64,000 nucleotides of DNA. It comes from Lachnospiraceae bacterium (GTDB lineage: Bacteria > Bacillota > Clostridia > Lachnospirales > Lachnospiraceae). Both the position numbers and the translations under genes were made by a program. The stretch is from assembly GCA_017962105.1 (NCBI GenBank), contig JAGCVY010000052.1:983-64982 (forward strand), written 5' to 3'. This document shows, piece by piece, positions 26,571-36,084 of the stretch. The first letter of the stretch is position 1; the number at the start of each line of letters is the position of its first letter. The notes under the pieces were generated by a model, which saw only the letters and a list, made by a program, of their open reading frames with translations, was not told where the DNA came from and did not search any database.

Positions 26571-27518
26571 ATGGAACAGAGAGATTTCGGATTGGTTTTC
26601 GGCGGTGGCGGCGGCAAGGGCTCCTACCAGATCGGCGTATGGAAGGCCCTGCGGTTTCTCAAGATGGACTCCTGGATCAAGTCGATCTCCAGCGATTCCA
26701 TCGGAACGCTGAACGCCGTTATGTTTCTTAACGGGGATTACCAGAAGGCGGAGGACGCGTGGTACAAGATCCGCCCGGTCCAGTTTTTGGACATCACGCC
26801 CGAGGGCGTCTGCTCCCGCGACGGTCTTATAAAGATCCTCACCGAGCTTGTGGACATGAAGAAGGTTTCCGAGTCGCCCATCAAGACGTACACGACCCTT
26901 GCAAAGCGGTCTTCCGTGACGGATTCGTACCAGATCATCAGCACCTGCTTCGGCGTGCGCCATGACGATCTGGACATCGAGGGCGAGTACGTGCCCATCA
27001 ACGGCAAGAGCCCGGAGGAACTGATGCAGCTGCTCCTCGCAGCGACGGCGATGCCGTTTGTCTACGACCCGGTGACCATCAACGGCGTGGAGTACCGCGA
27101 CGGCGGCATCTACGACAATCTTCCGCTTCGTCCGCTGATCGAGGATGACGTCAAGCATCTGATCCTCGTAAGCCTCAACCCGTCCTACGAGTACGACGTC
27201 ATGTGTGCCTCCCGGGCGGACACCATCATTCTGATCACCCCGAGTCAGGAGATCGGTGCCCTTCTGACCGGTACGCTGGATTTCGATGGACGCAACTCGG
27301 CATACCGGTTGAATCTCGGTTTCTACGACACGCTGCGCGCCTTCGAGTATTACGAGCGCCGCATGCTCGGATTCCCGGTGTCGGCAGCCGAGAAGTCAGC
27401 CCGCATCCGCGAGGATAACGAGAAGGCCCTGTCCGCAGCCAATGCGCAGAATGCGCTGGAGAGCGCCAACCGGAACTTCAGCAAGATCGACGAGATGATG
27501 AAGAAGCTCGGGCTGTGA
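26571..27518 (+). CDS. Patatin-like phospholipase domain protein
   Basis: ATG 26571 has a GGAGGGG RBS. The oxyanion motif is FGGGGGKGSYQIG. The nucleophile elbow reads SSDSIGT (Ser kept; first Gly of GxSxG is Ser), and the catalytic Asp motif is YRDGGIYDNLP. Confidence 0.8.
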   Translation: MEQRDFGLVFGGGGGKGSYQIGVWKALRFLKMDSWIKSISSDSIGTLNAVMFLNGDYQKAEDAWYKIRPVQFLDITPEGVCSRDGLIKILTELVDMKKVSESPIKTYTTLAKRSSVTDSYQIISTCFGVRHDDLDIEGEYVPINGKSPEELMQLLLAATAMPFVYDPVTINGVEYRDGGIYDNLPLRPLIEDDVKHLILVSLNPSYEYDVMCASRADTIILITPSQEIGALLTGTLDFDGRNSAYRLNLGFYDTLRAFEYYERRMLGFPVSAAEKSARIREDNEKALSAANAQNALESANRNFSKIDEMMKKLGL

Positions 27519-27583
27519 ACTACTGCACCCGGAACTAATTCAACGGCAGAAACGAATTGCCTCGCAGGCGAAAGGAGACGATT

Positions 27584-28024
27584 ATGAAACTTGTGATATA
27601 TTTCAGTGCCGAGGGCACGACAGCGAAGGTAGCGAAGGATCTGGCAGAGGCGATCGGGGTTGAGACGTTCGAGATCGTCCCCGAGGTTCCGTACAGCAAG
27701 GGCGACCTGCGGTGGATCAACCCGGTGGCTCGCTGCAACAAGGAAAAGTTCGGCAAGAAGGATGTGCCGTCGGTTGGCAAGATTGAGAATTTTGCGGAGT
27801 ACGACGAGGTATATCTCGGTTTCCCGATCTGGTATGCCGGCGCCCCGAACGTGGTGAACACGTTCTGCAAAGCATACGACTGGACCGGTAAGAAGATCCG
27901 CATTTTTGCCACCTCCGGGGGAAGCGGGATCGGCAAGACCGCCGAGAAGCTCATGCCCTACGTTCCCGGAGCCGAGATCGTCGACGCAAAGATCGTGAAG
28001 TCCGCGAAGGACCTGACGGAATAA
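27584..28024 (+). CDS. Flavodoxin
   Basis: ATG 27584 has an AAAGGAGA RBS. Motifs are MKLVIYFSAEGTTAKVAKDLA ... LGFPIWYAGAP ... IFATSGGSGIG. Confidence 0.85.
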   Translation: MKLVIYFSAEGTTAKVAKDLAEAIGVETFEIVPEVPYSKGDLRWINPVARCNKEKFGKKDVPSVGKIENFAEYDEVYLGFPIWYAGAPNVVNTFCKAYDWTGKKIRIFATSGGSGIGKTAEKLMPYVPGAEIVDAKIVKSAKDLTE

Positions 28025-28067
28025 TACTGTTTTATCAGGTAGACGATAGAACTGACGAAGAACAGAA

Positions 28068-28112
28068 AGACCGGCATCCGACGGTTTATCCGCCGGACGC
28101 CGGTCCTTTTTT
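28068..28112 (+). terminator. Intrinsic terminator between convergent genes (possibly bidirectional)
   Basis: GACCGGCATCCGACGG - TTTAT - CCGCCGGACGCCGGTC (two mismatches), followed by TTTTTT (28107-28112). Confidence 0.75.
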
Positions 28113-28129
28113 GCGTTCTCCTGAGTTTC

Positions 28130-30415
28130 CTACTCCCAGTAGTTCTTCACATCCAGCGGTTCATCCGGGATGTTCGGCCGGTTCATATCATTGACAAAGT
28201 CCGTGCCGTCATACTTTTCTCCGCTGACGATCGCTGCCAGTTTTGCGTAATACAATTCAAGGATATCCGACGGCAGCATCTCTTCTGCATAGTAGACCAG
28301 CTGATCCGCCTGAGCAATCTTGGATGCAATATCTCGGGTTAAGGGATTAACGACGGAGTCATCGTAATCGATACTCCAGGCCGGTATGCCGTAACAGTCA
28401 AGATACTCGTATCGGTTGATCCGTTTCGCCAGTTCAAAGGCATACGCTGCCGCAATCGAAGCGTTGTCCGAGTCGGCGGAGACCGCAAGGAAATTCCCCG
28501 GGCCGCCGATCCATTGTCCCATTTTGGACTTCTCCGGATTTACCACAGGAAACTCCGCTGCCCGGATGTCCCATCCGCAATTGGAGAAATCGGGACAGTT
28601 CCAGGAGCCGTTTACATAGAAGGCGTACCTTCCGGAAGTAAAATCTTCTCTGACAGGGTCGTTGTAGGAGAGCCTATCGGGGGGGCCGAAATACGGCTGC
28701 AGGCTGCGCAGAAGATTGACCGCGGCAGCAACATCCCCGTTATACCAATCGGCATTCCCCCGGTAAATCGCATCGAGTGTCTCTGCCCCGCAGGTTTTCA
28801 CGATAATGGTCTCCAGATACTCCGAGATACACCATTTCTCTTGGGCTCCGATCCCGAACGGGCAGTATCCGGCTTTACTCAGTTTTTCGCAGCATTCCTG
28901 AAGCCCCTGAATGGTGTCGGGTACTTCGGTAATCCCGACCTCCCGCAGGAGGTCCATATTCACGTACATACAGGCGACGTTGAAGCTCGTCGGAATTCCG
29001 TACAGCTGTCCGCCGAAGGTGGCGTTGCCGCACATCTTCTCGGGAAGTTCCCCTGCGTATCCTATGTAGTAATCCTCCAGGCTGTACAGCCGGCCTGCGG
29101 CATAGAGATTGCTGAGGGAGTAGCTTGCATCGGGGTGTCCGCCCCATGCCAGGAATATGTCCGGCAGGTTTCCGCTGCGGGATGCAGCGGTCAGTTTCTC
29201 CTGATAAGCATATAGTTGGGTCGCCTCCCACTGGATCTTTATGTTCGGATAGAGCTCCTCCATTTCTCTGATGGCGGCTTCATAGGAATAGCGTCTTGCA
29301 TCGCTCTTCGTCACATCGCACCACATGGTCAGAGTGATCTCATCGTCCATGGGTCCCGGCGTAGGGGAAAGCTCGCCGATCGCAGGTGTGGGTGTGGGCG
29401 TGACTTCGCTGTTGTCAGGGTCCTTCAGATGCTCCTTTGCGTCCTCTGCGATTGTAACGGCGCTGCCCTTCTTTGCTTTTAGCTGATCAATGTCGGAAAA
29501 TGCAATTTCCAGTATCGCCGGAGAATCCGGGGTCTCCAGCTCCACAGAGAACAAGACCAGATATCCGTCCTCGATCCGGAAGGAGATTTCAACATCCCCG
29601 CTCCCCAACATTTCAAGTATCTTCAGCAGTTCCGCGTAGTCGCTGTCGTCAATCTCCAGCCCGTAATCCCTCCGGAGTGTCTTGACCAGCTCCACAGGAT
29701 CGCAGGTGAAGGTGTACTTTCCGTCCTTCTTCGTCACCGACTTGAGAAATGCAACTTCATTTTCCGTTGTAAGACAATCCTTTAAAGCCCGGAGAAAGAT
29801 ATCATCCAGTTTCTCATAGTTTTTGCAGAAATGGCTGACGTTTTGTTTCAACTCGGAACTTCCGTTCACCACCCCGATATAGTCTTTCCGGCACAGTTTC
29901 CTGAAAAGCTTCAGGTCTTCTTCCCCGGTGAGTTCGTTGTAAAACGTAAATTCGCCCTGGTCCGCTGATCCGCGGGCGTAAGCCTTTCCGTCGACATACG
30001 CGGTCTCCAGGGTATACTTTCCCGCGGGGATGTTCATTTTCCGACGGAAATAAAACTGTTCGGTCTCATCCGTTCCGATCAGTTCGCCGTTGTAACTTGA
30101 CTCCTCCCCGTCGTGTGTCACGGTTATCGCAAAGGCGTAGCTCTTCGCCTTCAGCGTCTTACGGAACGCCTCCTCGATCTGTTCGATCTCGGTTTTTTCC
30201 TTCCCGGATTCCCCCTTTCGGAGCGCAAAATACAGCCCCGTCCCGAGTGCGGCAAGAAGAAGGATCGAGATCACGGTGATCAAAACGATCTTCCTTTTGC
30301 CGCCCTTTCCCGTTTCGGAAAATGATTCCTCCTGTACCGGTACCTTTGCACCGCAGCCACCGCAAAATGTCTCATCCCCGCGCAGCGGTCTTCCGCATTG
30401 AAAACAAAAAGCCAT
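28130..30415 (-). CDS. Zinc-ribbon / TM-anchored protein fused to an ABC-type extracellular solute-binding domain
   Basis: ATG 30415 (MAFCFQCGRPLRGDETFCGGCGAKV) has a GGAGA RBS. One TM segment (KIVLITVISILLLAALGTGLYFAL) is followed by an unassigned domain of about 280 aa and a Pro/Thr linker. The C-terminal half is SBP family 1-like (LTMWCDV ... NIKIQWEATQ ... LPDIFLAWGG ...). Confidence 0.75.
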   Translation of the reverse strand: MAFCFQCGRPLRGDETFCGGCGAKVPVQEESFSETGKGGKRKIVLITVISILLLAALGTGLYFALRKGESGKEKTEIEQIEEAFRKTLKAKSYAFAITVTHDGEESSYNGELIGTDETEQFYFRRKMNIPAGKYTLETAYVDGKAYARGSADQGEFTFYNELTGEEDLKLFRKLCRKDYIGVVNGSSELKQNVSHFCKNYEKLDDIFLRALKDCLTTENEVAFLKSVTKKDGKYTFTCDPVELVKTLRRDYGLEIDDSDYAELLKILEMLGSGDVEISFRIEDGYLVLFSVELETPDSPAILEIAFSDIDQLKAKKGSAVTIAEDAKEHLKDPDNSEVTPTPTPAIGELSPTPGPMDDEITLTMWCDVTKSDARRYSYEAAIREMEELYPNIKIQWEATQLYAYQEKLTAASRSGNLPDIFLAWGGHPDASYSLSNLYAAGRLYSLEDYYIGYAGELPEKMCGNATFGGQLYGIPTSFNVACMYVNMDLLREVGITEVPDTIQGLQECCEKLSKAGYCPFGIGAQEKWCISEYLETIIVKTCGAETLDAIYRGNADWYNGDVAAAVNLLRSLQPYFGPPDRLSYNDPVREDFTSGRYAFYVNGSWNCPDFSNCGWDIRAAEFPVVNPEKSKMGQWIGGPGNFLAVSADSDNASIAAAYAFELAKRINRYEYLDCYGIPAWSIDYDDSVVNPLTRDIASKIAQADQLVYYAEEMLPSDILELYYAKLAAIVSGEKYDGTDFVNDMNRPNIPDEPLDVKNYWE

Positions 30416-30517
30416 GATGTTATCTCCTTCTCCCTTAGCGAGACTTACTGCTCTCACTATAAGTTTTACGATAGCAACAGGCTTTTTGTAAAGTGTTATT
30501 TTGTTCCCCCGGAGGGA

Positions 30518-31453
30518 TTACTGCAGTTTCTTCACCGTGATATCCCCGGATGATGTCTCCACGGTCAGTTTGCGGCTTCCGTCACCGCTGACATACTTAC
30601 CGCCGGACTTGGAAAACGGAAGTTCGTAGGTGATGTCCCCGGAGGAAACATCGAACTCCGCGGTCACGTTTGCATCCTCGGGCAGGTACACCGTGATATC
30701 TCCGGAAGAAGCTTCCATCTCCGCCGTCTCCGGAACCTCAGCGAACTTGAACTCTCCCTTGCCGCTGGAGGAATGGGACTTGAACACCTTCGCGCCATCC
30801 GAGGCCACCGAAATCTTCCCGGAGGACGACTCCACGTCCAACTTACCCACCTTCTCGGTGAGGACAGTGATGCTTCCCGAAGAAGTCTCCAGGGAGATCT
30901 TATCGCTCTCCCCGGTCTGGGTCAGCGTGATGTCGCCGGAGGACGCTTTCATCTCGATGGTCTCCGCCTTGCAGCTCGCGAACAGGTCGCCGGAGGAGGC
31001 CTTCATCTCCACGCTTTTCGCCTCGAATTTGCTGCAGTCCGCATCTCCCGAGGAGATCTCGATCTTCAGTTCGGACAGTTTTACATTTTCCGGAATATCA
31101 ATCTCCAGGGTTTTCTCCAGTTTATAAAGGTCCAGTCTCTTGGCCGAAGCGCAGTACCGCACATACAGCGTCGTGCCGCTCACCCAGGTGTGAACCTTGC
31201 GGTCGTCATCCAGCGTCTCGTTGGCCGTCTCCCGGATCTTCACGGTTTCCGAATCCGTTCCGGTAAGCTTCACCTTGCCGGAGAGGTAGTCGATGTTGAT
31301 GGTTTCGATCTTGTCCGAGATCTCGCGGTCACCGGCCGTGTATTTGTCGCTGTCCTGATAGAGATAGTTGGTATAGCTCACACTGCAGCCGCACAGGCAT
31401 ACAGCAGCCGCGACGATCACGGCCGCAAAAAGTGTCATTATCAGTTTACGCAT
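30518..31453 (-). CDS. DUF4097-family beta-repeat lipoprotein
   Basis: Lipobox is LCGCS. SSGD(I/L) strand repeats recur (SSGDADCS, SSGDLFAS, SSGDITLT, SSGSITVL, SSGKISVA, SSGDITVY, SSGDITYE, SSGDITVK). Confidence 0.8.
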   Translation of the reverse strand: MRKLIMTLFAAVIVAAAVCLCGCSVSYTNYLYQDSDKYTAGDREISDKIETINIDYLSGKVKLTGTDSETVKIRETANETLDDDRKVHTWVSGTTLYVRYCASAKRLDLYKLEKTLEIDIPENVKLSELKIEISSGDADCSKFEAKSVEMKASSGDLFASCKAETIEMKASSGDITLTQTGESDKISLETSSGSITVLTEKVGKLDVESSSGKISVASDGAKVFKSHSSSGKGEFKFAEVPETAEMEASSGDITVYLPEDANVTAEFDVSSGDITYELPFSKSGGKYVSGDGSRKLTVETSSGDITVKKLQ

Positions 31454-31509
31454 TGTTTTCTTCCTCCGTATCGGGTTTCCCGTAATTCATTCGTAATTCG
31501 TCGACAGTT

Positions 31510-32469
31510 TCACTGCCGGTCCTTCTTTCGGCCGAGTCCGGTCAGCAGACCGATCACGGCGAGAACTGCGCCGAAGGCGATACCGCCCATGGCGAAGATC
31601 GGCGACGTCTCCGTGTACATAACCACATCCTCCGGACCTGCGGGCTTCATCGTGAACCATAAAATGGCGTCCGTTCCGATGATTGAGAATGCGCAGATCA
31701 GCGCAATAAGGATCCCGGTCTTGGCAAGCTTGCTCACCGGAAGATACCGGATGATCAGGAACACAAGCCAGGTCATGGCCACAAGCGGCACGGCGATGCC
31801 GAAGGCGAGGCGGAAATAGCCTTTGCCGCCGACACACAGGCCGATGCACAGAAGCATTACGAAAAATGTCACCGTGTATGCCGCCATCACAACAATCCCC
31901 TTGGAATTGCCGAGGTATTTCCGGACAGGCTCATTGCAGGCGAGTATCGGTGCGAACAGGACCGTCAGCCCGAAGAGGACTGCCGACGCGGCCAGGAAGA
32001 ACCATTTTCCGCCGGTATAGATACAGATGACTGCCAGGAGAACCATAAGGCTTACCGTGAAGGAAGTCAGCGTAAGGAACAGTTTATTCTTCGTGGCCAT
32101 CAGCGGCACCACAAGCAGCGAGGTCGGCACAAGCATCGCGGCAAGCACGATGAAGAGCCAGCTGAGGCTGTGGCCGCTGGCCAGGTTCACGATCAGGCAG
32201 ACCAGGATCGGCACCGCGAAAACTGCGGCGATGATGCTTCCCGCCATCGCGCTCTTTCTCTTGAAATATTTCGACTGGGCCCCGATGACATCGTCCCTCT
32301 CCCGGAGGAGCTCTTCGTCGATAGCGTCGTCATTCAGGCGATTTAAGAAGTCTCTGCATTTCGGGCAATCCGCGAGATGCTCTTCCACGGCTTTGGTGCT
32401 CGCAGGGCCGCACACGCCGTCCTTATACAACGGCAGCAGATCCTCAATCATGTCACATTCGTATTTCAT
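31510..32469 (-). CDS. Anti-sigma factor (zf-HC2) with polytopic membrane domain
   Basis: The N-terminus is EDLLPLYKDGVCGPASTKAVEEHLADCPKCRDFL (H-x3-C-x2-C), followed by about 6 TM helices. The ATGA overlap with the sigma-factor stop suggests translational coupling. Confidence 0.85.
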   Translation of the reverse strand: MKYECDMIEDLLPLYKDGVCGPASTKAVEEHLADCPKCRDFLNRLNDDAIDEELLRERDDVIGAQSKYFKRKSAMAGSIIAAVFAVPILVCLIVNLASGHSLSWLFIVLAAMLVPTSLLVVPLMATKNKLFLTLTSFTVSLMVLLAVICIYTGGKWFFLAASAVLFGLTVLFAPILACNEPVRKYLGNSKGIVVMAAYTVTFFVMLLCIGLCVGGKGYFRLAFGIAVPLVAMTWLVFLIIRYLPVSKLAKTGILIALICAFSIIGTDAILWFTMKPAGPEDVVMYTETSPIFAMGGIAFGAVLAVIGLLTGLGRKKDRQ

Positions 32470-32954
32470 GATTTCTCCATCCTTTCTTTGATCACCAGTT
32501 TTGCTCGATGGTATGTAACCCGGGCCCAGGTTTCCGTTTTCCCGAAGATCGATCCGATCTCCCGGAAGGACAATTCTCCGAACACACGCAGCTGAAACAC
32601 TTCCTTATACGGTTCCTCCATCGTGTGTAAGATCCGATGGATCCGCAGCGAGGTGTCGGCATCCGACAAGCTCTCCTCCACACTTTTTCCCGTGTCCGGC
32701 TGCTCCTCGAGCGGTGCATCCTCAAACCGGGATTGTCGCCGTTTCTCGTCGATGAAGAGGTTCTTGGCGATCGCACACAGCCATGTGTAGCTTTCGCTCT
32801 CCCCTCGAAATTCGCGAGTCGTTGAGATTGCCCGGTAGAACGTCTCCTGGGTAATCTCCATAGCGTCATCCCGGTTGCTCGTGAGCGTCATTACATAGGA
32901 AAATACTTTCATGTAGAACGCTTCATACAGTTTTTCCGCAGTGTTCCTGTCCAT
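32466..32954 (-). CDS. ECF-type RNA polymerase sigma factor
   Basis: 162 aa. Region 2 reads DDAMEITQETFYRAI ... SYTWLCAIAKNLFIDEKRR, and region 4 reads PYKEVFQLRVFGELSFREIGSIFGKTETWARVTYHRAK. Confidence 0.9.
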   Translation of the reverse strand: MDRNTAEKLYEAFYMKVFSYVMTLTSNRDDAMEITQETFYRAISTTREFRGESESYTWLCAIAKNLFIDEKRRQSRFEDAPLEEQPDTGKSVEESLSDADTSLRIHRILHTMEEPYKEVFQLRVFGELSFREIGSIFGKTETWARVTYHRAKLVIKERMEKS

Positions 32955-33095
32955 GTTCCTTCGAGCTTCCTTTTTCTGTGTTTTCGTCGATTAGACGCAG
33001 AAACCTCAGATTCGTTACAAAAAAAATGAAATAATTTTCAAAAAATATTTTCCGAGCTTTGCATACAAACGCGAAACAGCGTTCGCGCCATAGTT

Positions 33096-34271
33096 CTACA
33101 ACTGTAGAAGATATGTTCGGAACGCCGTTGCAATTCCATATTCCGCCGTTATCTGCTCTGCGGTTACCCACACAAACTCCGTATTTTCACCGGTACCGTC
33201 ATCCTCTTTCGGAAAATGTTCCCCGGTTTCCGGCCGCGCTCCCCTCTCCGTGGTTCCGTCAGCAAAAACGGTATATCCCCGCATCAGCCACTCCACGTGG
33301 CTGAATCTGTGGCGGCTGTCCGGGAGACGCTTCGCCCGCGCCGGCACAATGCCGGAAATCTCCTCTGCCGCCTTCTTCGCACCGGCAGACGACAAATGTC
33401 CCGTGACATTCGGGAACTCCCACATGCCGGCAAGCAGCCCGCTCTTCGGTCTGCGCCGAAGTAGAACCCGATCCCCGTCGCGGATCACAAGCACGGTCTT
33501 CTTTTCCACCGGTTTTGCTTTCCCTGCCGGTTTTGCGGGAATCTCCCCGGTGAGATTCTGCCGGAACGCCGTGCACAGGTGCGACAGCGGACATACGTCA
33601 CAGTGCGGTTTCCCGTTAGGGACACAGACCGTCGCGCCGAGGTCCATGACCGCCTGGTTGAACCGCCCGGGAACAGTCCCCTCCGCTGTGTCGGGATCCT
33701 TCGGGAAAAAGGAGTCATTTTCCGACGAGATATAGTCCGAGATCGTCGCCGAAAGCTGATCGCGGACCTGCCGTTTGAAGCTCTCCGAGCGGATGTCATC
33801 CCGATACCCGGTCAGACGCGCATACACCCGAAGTGCGTTACCGTCCACCGCCGGAACCGGAAGTCCGAAGGCAATCGAGGCGATGGCACCTGCGGTGTAC
33901 TCCCCGATTCCCGGAAGGCTTCGCAAAAGCGCATAGTCCGCGGGCAGGTTTCCGCCGTAGGTTTCGCACAAAACTCTGGCCGCCTTGGCGATATTGCGGA
34001 CTCTGGAATAATACCCGAGTCCCTCCCACAATTTTACGAGCCGGTCCTCCGAGGCCTCCGCCACCGAAGGGATGTCCGGCAGCTCCGTCAGGAACCTTTC
34101 GTAGTACCCGCGGACGGCTTCCACGCGGGTCTGCTGGAGCATGATCTCCGAGATCCACACATGGTACGGCGTTGGGTCTTCGCGCCACGGAAGGACACGG
34201 GCGTTATACGCGTACCAGAGAAGCAACGCGGGAACCGACTCCTTATATTGTTCTTCCTGATTCATTCTCAT
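33096..34271 (-). CDS. mutY: A/G-specific adenine DNA glycosylase
   Basis: Motifs are LPWREDPTPYHVWISEIMLQQTRV ... LPGIGEYTAGAIASIAFG, plus the Fe-S cluster cysteines CVPNGKPHCDVCPLSHLC. A C-terminal NUDIX-like domain is present. Confidence 0.9.
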   Translation of the reverse strand: MRMNQEEQYKESVPALLLWYAYNARVLPWREDPTPYHVWISEIMLQQTRVEAVRGYYERFLTELPDIPSVAEASEDRLVKLWEGLGYYSRVRNIAKAARVLCETYGGNLPADYALLRSLPGIGEYTAGAIASIAFGLPVPAVDGNALRVYARLTGYRDDIRSESFKRQVRDQLSATISDYISSENDSFFPKDPDTAEGTVPGRFNQAVMDLGATVCVPNGKPHCDVCPLSHLCTAFRQNLTGEIPAKPAGKAKPVEKKTVLVIRDGDRVLLRRRPKSGLLAGMWEFPNVTGHLSSAGAKKAAEEISGIVPARAKRLPDSRHRFSHVEWLMRGYTVFADGTTERGARPETGEHFPKEDDGTGENTEFVWVTAEQITAEYGIATAFRTYLLQL

Positions 34272-34290
34272 GGAATTCTGTTGTTTCCTC

Positions 34291-35112
34291 TTATAACACT
34301 ATACTCAGTTCTTTTTCCAGCACGTCCGCATACTCCTGCACCACGGGGCCCAGCCCGGCCAGCCATTGTTTGGTCTCCGGCTCCTCCTTGTAAAGAAGCG
34401 GATTTTTCCGGATTTCGATGGTCCTGCGAAGCGGTTTATCATCACGGAAAATGTTTTCCTCCACTGCCCACAGTCCTGCCTCCGTCTTGGAAATGACATC
34501 GCCGTATCGAAGCGTATGGATACAGCGGGCGATGTCCAAAAGCCAGCCGCAGGCGTACAGGTTCGAATCGGTCCTCACCGCATATTTTCGGATGGTCTCA
34601 TAATGGCTCCGGACCGCCTGAACCAGTTCCGCCCTCTCCGGTTTCGGAAACGGCCACTTCCGCCCTCCGTAGACCGGTTGGCTGCACACGGCAAGCTCAT
34701 ATTTTGAGAACGCGTCGTGCTCAAAGGTATCGGTAATGCGCTGTCCGCTTGTTCCCCAATACACCAGACGGCGGAAAGTATCGGTGCGGTATTCCTCAAG
34801 ATTTGCGATAATCCCTTCAAAAGAACGATAGTACGGATTTCCGTTTTCTCTTTCCGAGAGACCCTGCCGAAGCATCAGCAGCCGTTCCGCCTGGTCCTCC
34901 GTGATCTCACAATCCGTCAGCGCGACAAAATCGATGTCGCTCCAGCCGAGCCGGAAATCCTTCAGGACAACACTCCCGTACAGCCAGATGCCGAACACCC
35001 GACCGTCAAGCGCCGCAACTATCTCTCCCACCATCTTCGAAACCGCTTCCGTTGTTTCGTCTCGCATTATATCCTCCGGATCACTCAAACTCCGCAACAT
35101 TTCGGAAATCAA
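34291..35112 (-). CDS. Nucleotidyltransferase domain plus DUF4111 protein (AadA/ANT-like family)
   Basis: The motif is GIWLYGSVVLKDFRLGWSDIDFVALTD (G-S ... D-x-D), with an AadA-like C-terminal helical domain. The start is uncertain: TTG 35112 overlaps the upstream stop (TTGA), or ATG 35100. A resistance function is not inferred. Confidence 0.65.
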   Translation of the reverse strand: MISEMLRSLSDPEDIMRDETTEAVSKMVGEIVAALDGRVFGIWLYGSVVLKDFRLGWSDIDFVALTDCEITEDQAERLLMLRQGLSERENGNPYYRSFEGIIANLEEYRTDTFRRLVYWGTSGQRITDTFEHDAFSKYELAVCSQPVYGGRKWPFPKPERAELVQAVRSHYETIRKYAVRTDSNLYACGWLLDIARCIHTLRYGDVISKTEAGLWAVEENIFRDDKPLRRTIEIRKNPLLYKEEPETKQWLAGLGPVVQEYADVLEKELSIVL

Positions 35113-35948
35113 TAATGTATCGAATATACTTCCCCGAAAACCTTCTCCTGGGTCTCCGGATCAATCTGGTAGCACCGCAATGTCAATTCCTCAATAGCGG
35201 GAACAGCGTCGTTCAAGTGCGTCAGAAGCGTAGGGGAATCCGGCATCTCCGTTGCACAGATTTGCAACTCACAGGACAGGTGGAAATTGTCGAAACGGCC
35301 TTTCCTGTTTTCTATTGTCCTTGGTGGAGTCGAAAGACACCATTCCACTGTTTCCCCGTGAACCCCCATCGGAAGCATGTTCCTGTCCACACAATTATAA
35401 CTGGCACACCTGGTTCTGATGTTGAGAACCTCCGGGTTCATATCCGCTATCCACGGGTGTTCTTCTATCACCTGTTTTAGAATATAGGCTCTTGCCTCCT
35501 CGAGGAACTCCTCCGACTTGTAATCCGTATTGCCGTCGAAATAGCCGTATTCCTTTCCGCCACAAGAAAAAATGAGATAGGTATTGATGCTCTCCTGTCG
35601 GTAGTATTCCTCAACTATCGAATAGTCCGATTCCGTCAGTCCGAAGACTTCCTGCATATCCTCGCGGAATTGTTTGCGTTGTGATTCCAACGCCTCGTCC
35701 CTTTGTTTATCACGCTCCTCCCCCCAGTGCATAATTTCATGACACGCCCATGCACAGAAAGCCACAATCGCACATAATACAATCAACGCCAAGTAGCGCA
35801 TGGTCTTTTTTACATTCAGACCCGAGGATGACGACTTGTCAAGGTAATCCGAGGCGTTACTCGGTTTGAAAAAGTCAATCGATTGATTGTCGATATAATC
35901 CTGATTTTTCCCTGAACTGTTGTTTTCCCAATCATTATTCGTTCCCAT
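35109..35948 (-). CDS. Hypothetical single-pass membrane protein (low-GC gene)
   Basis: 279 aa. ATG 35948 has a GGGGGAAGG RBS. One TM segment is present (YLALIVLCAIVAFCAWAC). I recognise no family. Sampled 60-nt lines give about 33-50% GC, against about 60% in the neighbours. Confidence 0.65.
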   Translation of the reverse strand: MGTNNDWENNSSGKNQDYIDNQSIDFFKPSNASDYLDKSSSSGLNVKKTMRYLALIVLCAIVAFCAWACHEIMHWGEERDKQRDEALESQRKQFREDMQEVFGLTESDYSIVEEYYRQESINTYLIFSCGGKEYGYFDGNTDYKSEEFLEEARAYILKQVIEEHPWIADMNPEVLNIRTRCASYNCVDRNMLPMGVHGETVEWCLSTPPRTIENRKGRFDNFHLSCELQICATEMPDSPTLLTHLNDAVPAIEELTLRCYQIDPETQEKVFGEVYSIHY

Positions 35949-36037
35949 TTACCTTCCCCCTTTTGGTATTGGTCATATAATTATACCATAATTCAATACA
36001 AAGTGGAAGCCCTGTGTCACTGCAGGTTCTATCCACC

Positions 36038-36076
36038 AAAAAAATAAGAAGACCGGCTTTCCCCGCCGGCCTTCTT
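36038..36076 (-). terminator. Intrinsic terminator downstream of the ABC cassette
   Basis: AAGAAGACCGGC (36046-36057) / GCCGGCCTTCTT (36065-36076) stem, followed on the minus strand by TATTTTTTT. Confidence 0.75.
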
Positions 36077-36084
36077 TTGTTTCT

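Noticed and set aside
32955-33095. Autoregulated ECF promoter upstream of the sigma-factor gene (GAAC ... CGT-type).
   Set aside because: A GAAC element is present (minus strand, about 33060), but I could not find a convincing -10 partner at the right spacing, so it is not reported as a feature.
34291-35112. Calling the AadA-like nucleotidyltransferase an aminoglycoside resistance gene.
   Set aside because: Only the generic NTase G-S...D-x-D motif and the DUF4111-like tail are visible. Many chromosomal family members are not resistance determinants, and I cannot assess identity to known ANT enzymes.
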